This document shows, in pieces, positions 55,217 to 64,000 of a stretch of 64,000 nucleotides of DNA. The first letter of the stretch is position 1, and each line of letters opens with the position of its first letter. Origin of the DNA: Tubiluchus corallicola (Eukaryota > Animalia > Priapulida); the NCBI GenBank assembly GCA_030141605.1, contig JAQGDQ010000087.1, forward strand, positions 1 through 64,000, written 5' to 3'. The notes beneath the pieces were generated by a model. It worked only from the letters and a program-made list of their open reading frames with translations. It did not search any database and had not been told where the DNA came from. A program made the position numbers and the translations under genes.

Positions 55217-57734
55217 AACAAGTGCCCAGTACCAGACTGATAAAATGAGATGCTAAGGGTTACACTTGAACTCTACGTGCAACTATGTAATTCATCGTAA
55301 TCATGCAGGCAAATTCATATTTTCTCACAACCTTCATTCGATTATAAATCATTATCAAAGAATGAGTTAGTAATAAAAATCTTCAGAAATCAGATGTAAA
55401 ATGAAACTGCTGAAAGTACATAGATCCAGGAAATCTAATTAGCAAGTCCAGAATTAAAATTGTCAACCTTGAAAAGTTGGAACCGCTGAATATTATACAC
55501 GTTAACTGATCGCATGCGGGTTTTAAAACGAATGGAGTACATGTAATTCCAGAGCTTAAAAACATCTGGACAAAGAAAACAGCATAAGACAGTCAGAAAA
55601 TGCCCTGGTGGCAAACATCTGGTGTTGACTTAATGCAGAATACAGTAGCTACTTTACTAAAAATAACAATAATTAATCTGTAACTTGTAAATACTATGCT
55701 CCTTTAGCAACAAATGTTCATTAGTAAGACAATTTTTTATAGCCAGATACTGTGACCATTGCTTGTTCGATCTTGTAAAAATTGGCCAAGGTCACATGGC
55801 AGGAAATTATGAATGGAAAGACGAAACATGTTGCCCGTCTTCTCCTAATGTAATTCAAGCTTTCCATCTTACACTTCTTGAGCTATAATTTATCTGAACA
55901 ATCTGAATTTTGCATTTAAACTTGAAATGTCACCCTAGTTCCAACATGTCATAGCCAATGAAAGAGCCACATGTCTTGCACCATCTACATGATACAGGGT
56001 CATAAGAATTTGTGACTAAGTACAAGTTACTGTATGATGATGAAAAATCAATCTAGGTGAAATGTGACATATACCACTGGAAAAAGGCTAAATATGGCTT
56101 ACACCGATTTGAAAATATCTTTGAAAAGATAACTTGCGAGTTGCGACCTCTTAGGGATATCGCTTACGAATGAAATATGTTCAAATTACCTCAGAGGTAA
56201 ACACTTCGATGAGAGAGACCATTCCAAGCTTATCTGACGATTCAGTGTTTGTGACTAGGTGATCTTTGACGTCTTTCAAGTCACAAGTACAATGATCGCA
56301 CAGCCAAAGAGAAGCCCCAGTAAGTGTCCTGTCTGCTTGTAATACAATTTGTATATCTTGTACCATTTAACAATTTTTAGGGTTTATCTAATAGAAAAAC
56401 TGAGTCAGCACACAGTGTTCTCGCATAACAATTTATTCAGCAGTTAATGATTCCCCTGCTTCTACCCTTCAGGTACAAATCTATAAAATTCACTTGTGCT
56501 GTACGTGAATTACAAAGATACTACTAACTACTACTAGAAAACTAATATTGATATTTTTGAGCTGATGCCTACTGCTTAATATTCATCATGTTCAAAGTGA
56601 TACGAGTGTCATTTATAAACAGCAAATCAAAAGTATGTACCTAAATATACAGTAATTCATTTATAATTTTTCATTTTGCACTACCTCTAGTCCTGGCGTC
56701 ATAAGCTATTCAAATTCATGAGCACAGCAGTGGCACACATTCCACAGAAGTGCAATGTTTTGGTAAAAATGAAATTTCTCAACTTTGAACAAGCTTCCCA
56801 AGAAGCCTGCAACTCTAACTGTAGAAATGAAGCCAAGCTGTTGATGACTCATCCGAACGCGTGCATTAGAATCTGTGTCAGCATGTAAGTCATGACAAGA
56901 TACCATCCGTTTCACAGAAAAACAAAACTAATAAAGCATCGTGCACATTTTACATAGCACCCCATGTAACCGTGTAAAGATACAAAAAAATGAATTCTCA
57001 ATGTAAATTCAAATAATAGGCCTAGCGATTATAAGAAGATTCAAAGTAAGTTTGATGTCACAAGACAAAAACAAGGCAAAATATTTTTAGGATGTAATGT
57101 AAGCACACACTAGGCCTGCTGATTGGTGTGAGAAGTATATTGTGTATATGGTGCAAAAAAAACAAAATGGCTGTTTAAGATGTAGTTTTAAGGATATCAT
57201 TTTTGTTTTTTGCAAGCTTGCTATCAAAGGGTGCAGCAGTAAAATATGATGTTTGTCGCTACTTATCATGAAATTTTGCCTATTAGTTACTAAGTAAGAA
57301 TACTGGTCTATGAAGTCACTTACAAAATCTGCACCGTTTATTTATTTATTATTTATTACCCACAAAAATAATACACTTAACATTTACATTTTATACACCG
57401 GTAAATGTAAACAGTAGAATTATCTAGCCATGATCAATAGGAAGGTTGCGCCTACCGCTGTGTGCCATAGATGACAACAAGGAACTAAATACTCAAACAG
57501 ATCACTGCCTGTCATGCATCATGCAATGCTATCTAAAAGCAAACCAAAACACATCAAATTTGTGACATCTAATAAGACCTAAAAGCTTATATGGTCAAAG
57601 CTTCGATCTGAAACTATGTCTAGACCAATAAAAGATAAAAAATCTCATGGCAATGATTTCCCATGTTGTGCATGTTTATACATGTTTATACCAGAATTGT
57701 TTATACATTGCCACTCATAGCTTTATTTTTCAGC

Positions 57735-58128
57735 TTTATGAAATCGATGAGTTTCAAAGGCGAAATTACAGAAACATTTTGGGTATTAGATGGCCAAAGA
57801 AAATTTCAAACAAAGATCTATATATGAAAAAATAAAAGAAGAACCTTGGACAACAAAAATAAAAAGACGCCGTTTAAGATGGATTGGGCATATGCTTAGA
57901 CTACCTGATCATATTCCAGTGAAGATAGCTCTTCAACAAGTCATAGAACCAGCTAAAAAACCTGCAGGAGGACAAATGTCAACATATTTAGATTTTGCAC
58001 AGAAAGATTTAAACACTTCAGCATTGATCCTTAGAAACAAATGCACTTGGGGCATTGCGGTGAGCAGGGAGTCCTGGCATAGGGAGGTGAGCAGAATCAT
58101 GTCCCTGGACGTAAGATTTATTGGATGA
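57735..58128 (+). mobile_element. RTE-clade LINE ORF C-terminal fragment (frameshifted)
   Basis: FQRRNYRNILGIRWPKKISNKDLY / IKRRRLRWIGHMLRL split across two frames. Confidence 0.88.
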
Positions 58129-61100
58129 TGTACAGCATTGTGTACAGTGACTACAACAGTACTCACAGTACTAATAATAAAACAACAGTAGCTACTTTTG
58201 CAGAGCTCTATACCCTACAGCTCAAGTTTAGACAAAGACTGACCAAATCACTGCCTTCAGTGCGCTGCTCACTAAAACATGAAACATAATACTGGCGCTC
58301 AAACTCTCTTTAATGCCTAAGATTACAAACAAACTTGTGCTGAAGCACATCGTGTTGCCCATATGAAACTTAACATATGATGCTGCATCATGCATTTCAT
58401 AATTAGAAATGCTTAGTTCAGTAGTTTGGGTTATGTAATAGTTAACACCTATAAGAAGTGTGTCAAAATGTACACATACTGCAAAAGGACCGATCAGCCA
58501 GCAATTTGAAACAATTTCTAGAATACACTGTACCTTTAGAAGCAATTCAAAATCAGGATAACTTATGCAAGTATCCATTCTAATCACCTCTGTATTAATT
58601 AGTTTAGGAGCCTATATAAGTTTATATGATATGAATGGTTCTAAACATGTTGCCCAGGATATAAAGTCGCAGAAGCTTCAACACCCAAGAACAGATTACC
58701 ACATCAAACAAAAGTGTAAAAGTGGCTCTTCTCAAATCTATCATGCTGCTCATTTCATATCAGTTATTCGCATACGATTAGTTTTATTAGTTTGACCCGA
58801 CTGGTAATGTAATTAGTGCAAAACCGTCAGTAAATAATGTAAAATATTACACGCTGCAATGTCAAGTGCATCACAATGATTCGTTATCCAGTTAGTACAA
58901 TCTACCTGTGTTACTATGTGCCAAGTTGGCTTGGCCTCATATTTATAACAGAGATATAATCATGTGAAATGCTCAGCTTCAAATTACTTAGCATAGGCCT
59001 ATTCTAATAATCCTTACATGAATTTTAAGTATACTGCTGACCAGTGACCATTATGCCCTTATAGTCTGGGTAAATTATCAGGCAATCGATGTGCCCATTG
59101 AACCTCTTAAACGCCACCAAAAATGCAACCCAGAGTTTTTCTTTTAAAATTTAAAACTCACTTTTTAAATCTTTGTTTAAATGATATTATAATATTGATG
59201 TGCAAAGGAGAATTTAAATATTCTTTTAATAAAAATTGCAGAAATAGCTTGGCCAAGTTGGTCAATGTATGATGTCTATAAAGTCACTACACTTTGATTC
59301 CTAATTTTCTCCTTAAATTTTTCTCCAACTCAGCAAGCTTTTACAGGAATAAAAGAGAGCCTTTGGCAATTCTTTTTATTGTTTGACTGCATACTGGAAC
59401 CCCAATGCTATGGCAATGACAGTAACGTTAGAAATGATACTTTTGAGCTGTCAGGATTACAGGAATGTCAGTGATGGACCAATCAGAATTTCTGGGTAAA
59501 AAGCCGATAAACTTTACTGTTCACTTATAAATCACAAGTCAGATGAAATACACAAATATTGCTGCTATAAAAACTACTTTAATAATCAGTATCATTTTAT
59601 CAATTATCGTATGTCAATATTTTAGCAATGAAACTTCATCATTAATTTGCAATCATTTATTTATATTTTTGGGAATTTATTAAACAATTAAAGTAAAATA
59701 AAAACCTTTGATGGAACTTTGACGCCAAGCTGAACTACATAAATTAATGGTTTCTATGTTAACAGACAACAATTGTCCATAAAGCCACGAATTTCAGCTG
59801 GAATGAAATGCTTATTCTGCTGCCTGTGTTTGGCTGATGCCCTATTGAGTATGGGATTTCGTCGGGAAGGCAAATGAACAAATGTTGCCTGATGAAAATA
59901 GTTTGAACGTAACAATACGCTAAACATTTCAACAATTTTGCCCTAAGTTTTAAAGATTTTATATTTACATTATCGTATAAATACAGCAATTTTTAGGGCA
60001 CAATTGGTTCAATACTTTACCAAATGGTCAATAATTAATGACGAGTCAATCAGACTTGTTCAATGATCACTGATCACAATCGAATATAACTGTTCGTGCA
60101 CGAATCAGATTGACATGGCCCATCACTATCATGAATCTTATTTTTAGAAAAGCAAATGTCAAGTTTCTTCTTCCTGTTAGGAATACAAACTCTAGGCCCA
60201 AATGTCAAATTAGTTTAGAAAACAAATGTCTCATTTTCATATTGTACCTTCATGCCATTTCAACCCATCATATTTCTCCTCTTCTCATAAATTACCTTTA
60301 ATTCGTGCACCTGCGCATTTTTTCGTCTTTTTGGACAGTACCGATAATTTATTAATCAAAACTGTATTATTTACACAATTGTTTTCTTTATATTTTTTTG
60401 GAAATAACCTCACCACACTTATGTATTATTATTGTTACTACAAATAGAATAAACTTAACTAAACTAATAAAACTATTAAATACTTCAGAAAATAACATCT
60501 TTGCACCTGTAAGCCCGCAGAAAAAAATTGCCAACAGGCTGTCTCTATCTAAAAAACTCTATAGTCTATAATGCACGCCTATAAATTTACATTATAATTT
60601 TACATAGACCTTAAACGCTAAATTAACATGAAGTATAAATAAAGCCAGCCAACTCTTACTCATTAGGCATGTGTCACATGCATTTTAAGTCTTTCGTATA
60701 CATCAAATTCAGTTCTCACACATTCCACAGCTTCACACACAAGTTTACCCAAGCTTAATTTGCAATCAGTACCAATCGCAACATGATTACTAATACTACT
60801 CTCAAAAATACAGTAGTGTGCATGAGTTTCACGGCACATATTACACTAGATGGTAACGTATTTGAGCACTTTTGGGTGCTTTAGTTTTGAACTTTTTTCT
60901 TGTACACAAAATAACATATTTAATTTATACATAAATATTTTAAACCAAAATTATATGCATTGCAACAACAGCATATAAGCAAGTTCAGTAGTACCCAAAA
61001 TTATCTTCATTTCTTGCTGTTTTTTATCATTTGATTTTTAAACCCAAAGAAGCAAAAATCTGCAATTTGCCCCCTGCAAAATGCGAGATAACCCTAGGCC

Positions 61101-64000
61101 TTGCTACGTTTCACATTCATTTCTGCATCAAATGATTAGCAGGTTTGGAAAATCACATTGTTTCTCTGTTGCAGAATAAACAGAACTAGATACGAAGCTA
61201 CACCTATAGTATAACCATGGCATAAGCAAATAATTTTAGGCACTTGGCCTAAGTACTTAGTCTACGCCTAAAGCCTAAAGGAAAACTTACTTCCACAGAA
61301 TAAGGACACAGGAAATATTTTGATATTATACTTTAAGAAATTTACCATAAAATCGTAGTTCAATCTTTATTGCATTTAATATCGAATTACAACCAAATTT
61401 CCATAAACAGAAGAGAAATTCACAACAACAAAATTCTTTTCCTGTTCAATGAAAATTTTGAAATTAAACTGCTAGAACGCATAATCTGAAAACTTATGAA
61501 AAACCGGGTATGCGCCCCTTACGCACGACCATCACGCATCTAACATCAATTTTAATGCTTATTGAATCGAGTTTGATTCGAACCTAAAATTATGAATTCC
61601 AAAATACACCACTTCAACTACATACGTCTTTTATAATTGGAGCGTTTGAAACAGCATGCAATCAGCACAGTTCTGTGCAATTTCTGTGCACAATTTTTAA
61701 ATAGATATTAGTGTTTTTATTGCAGAACAAAATCAAGCAATATGCATGATTTTGGTAAGCCTACTTAATCTGTGATTCGAAAATTTATTTGAAAATTTAA
61801 ATTGAAATTTAATTTGATTTTGAAACTTTGAAATCTGGTTTGATTCAAGTTCAAAATACAAAAACATTATTTGATCCAAATACGCTTTCTGATAGTGTAT
61901 GTTCATCCCCATACTCAGTTATTTTGAAAAAATGAAAAAGGACTTTGAACAAAAATAAAGGGATGCCTTTTAAATTTTTCTATCACTTAATTTTAGTATT
62001 TTGATCACCACTATAAATAATTTTTGCACTGGACGGATGCTGAAAGCACAGCCACATGCTAGGGTCTCAATTTGATGAAGTTAACATTACCACAAAGAAG
62101 AGGATGATGGATTAGGCATATGCCTAAACTCCCTGATCCTGATGATAGTCCAGTGAAAGTAGTACTTTGACACGCAAGTATTAAAAATATACAAAAAACC
62201 AACAGGAGAGCACATGTTAACATTAATAGATTTTGCACAATTATTTGCACCATTACTTCCTTAATAGTTCTTAGATGAAGAGGTGCTTGGATTATTGCAG
62301 AAATTTGTAAGTCCTAGCACAAGAAACTAATGACGAGCCATTAAATAAAATTTAATACCAAATACCAGTATCTGTTAAAAGTAACAATACTAAATAAATA
62401 CTAGCACTAAAGACACGGACACACACAGCAAATAAATTCAAATAGAAGCACACAGCAAATAAACCCAACTTCAAATGCATTTATTGCTATCTCTCAGTGC
62501 TGCACATAATACCTCAATCATGAACTGTACCTCTGTTGAAAGTTAAGACAATGTATATTGCTGTTGGTTAATAAACTGTACGTTCACTGTGCTAATTCAA
62601 TTTTTTGAAGACCAAAACTGCTTCTTAAACTTTCACTGCTTTAATTTCTTTGGAATATAAATAACAAAGTTCTTTTACCGCTGCACTGAAACTTTTTAGA
62701 AAAGATCACCACTCTGAAAATGTTTTTAGCTGCAGCCTCAATATGTCTCCCCATCTCCTTGTGTTCATGTCTACTTAAAATAAGGAAAATTTTGCAAAGA
62801 GCAACTAGTGAATTTGACGTATTCATCTTATGAGCTTTATTTTCTTTTGTGTTGTAATCCTGCGAGATTAAATATTATAATTCATTTCACAACATTCATA
62901 GTGATGTATTTCAGAAGTATAATGGTTTTTATGGCCTCTAAAAACATACTTCCAGCTATAGGCATGACACACTGGACAGTTCCATGACCATAGGGATCCT
63001 ATGTTAATCTATATTGAGAGCTTCTGTGAATGAATAAATATGGTTCAATGCTAAACAACATCTACAAATATTTTTTATGAAAACGACACCCTGCAGAACA
63101 GTGACTTCAAGCCAAAACGTAAGTGTTGAAGACTTGATTAGTAATAAATAGTTTGCAATAATTTCATACTGTATCCGTCTCCATCAGCATGGTTTACCAA
63201 TTAAGTATCGTTTACGCGTTGAAATTTTCGTTTTTTCAATATTATGTTATACTGTTCAAACGTTTGCGTGATTTTTTTGGGAGTAGCAATACAATAATGA
63301 TATTTTATTTTATCAAACATTTACATTTTTATTCCTGGAGAAAGTGCCTTATAGCACACTTCTTAGTGTTTGAAGTGCTTTAAAACTAGTCATTTGTATA
63401 AGATAGAGTTGTTTTCCTAACATCATTTGATGAAACAGATTTTAAAGACGATTGGAGACTATTTTAGTCTTAAAATGTTAAATTATTTGATCAAAATTGG
63501 GCTCTTTGGGAACATTGTTCCTATCACTCACATCACATATTCTCAAAGCACCATGTGCCCTTTGTTATGAGGTAATGTAGTTCCTATGAATCATCCTGCA
63601 ATAGGTAGAATTTAACAGCAATGTAATAATGTAAACTTGTGACATTCTGTGATTATCAGCTATTATACGTGTTATATCTATTAAAGCAATTTTTGATGTG
63701 CACAATTCAGTTAGAATTGAACAGAACATGGTATACTTAACTTAAGAATAACATTGTATAAAATATTTTTTAACGTTCTTAGCCTTTGAATGCAAAATAC
63801 TAGCCCAAAAGTTAATCATACGTTGATCTAGGAGAGCCTGAGTTAATGGATATCTCCCTAATTCTCCATCTGGTAGTATAACTGTTGACATTCATAGTCA
63901 ACCAACAAGAATTATCGTGTAATTTTTCAATTAAATCATGTTTTTCAAAACTCCATATTTCACCTGTGCAGTAAAACTGAGCTACATCGTGCGATCAAAT

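Noticed and set aside
58228-58587. 119-aa minus-strand ORF
   Set aside because: No recognisable motif or convincing splice context; likely a chance ORF
62059-62253. Hydrophobic 64-aa minus-strand ORF resembling a signal peptide
   Set aside because: T-rich strands readily give hydrophobic ORFs, and there is no supporting exon structure

Overview
AT-rich, intron-rich eukaryotic DNA, probably an invertebrate animal; the species cannot be determined from this window. The dominant feature is a complete minus-strand CKAP5/ch-TOG/XMAP215 gene. I traced 39 coding exons by hand from ATG 48655 to TGA 6967; all introns are GT-AG with consistent phases, giving 6057 nt or about 2018 aa. A second minus-strand gene, with a signal-peptide exon at 1650-1722, appears to start near the left edge and run out of the window. 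Introns and flanks contain many MITEs (Tc1/mariner-, hAT- and foldback-like), LINE fragments (L2, RTE) and a DINE-1/Helentron-like element. The most notable observation lies in CKAP5 intron 18: an ~840-bp segment with Helitron-like termini that is almost entirely filled by an intact, intronless antisense ORF. The ORF encodes charged repeats plus a MATH/TRAF-like domain. The element's putative 5' junction and part of CKAP5 exon 18, including its splice donor, are tandemly duplicated (243 bp). All calls were made by eye without database searches.
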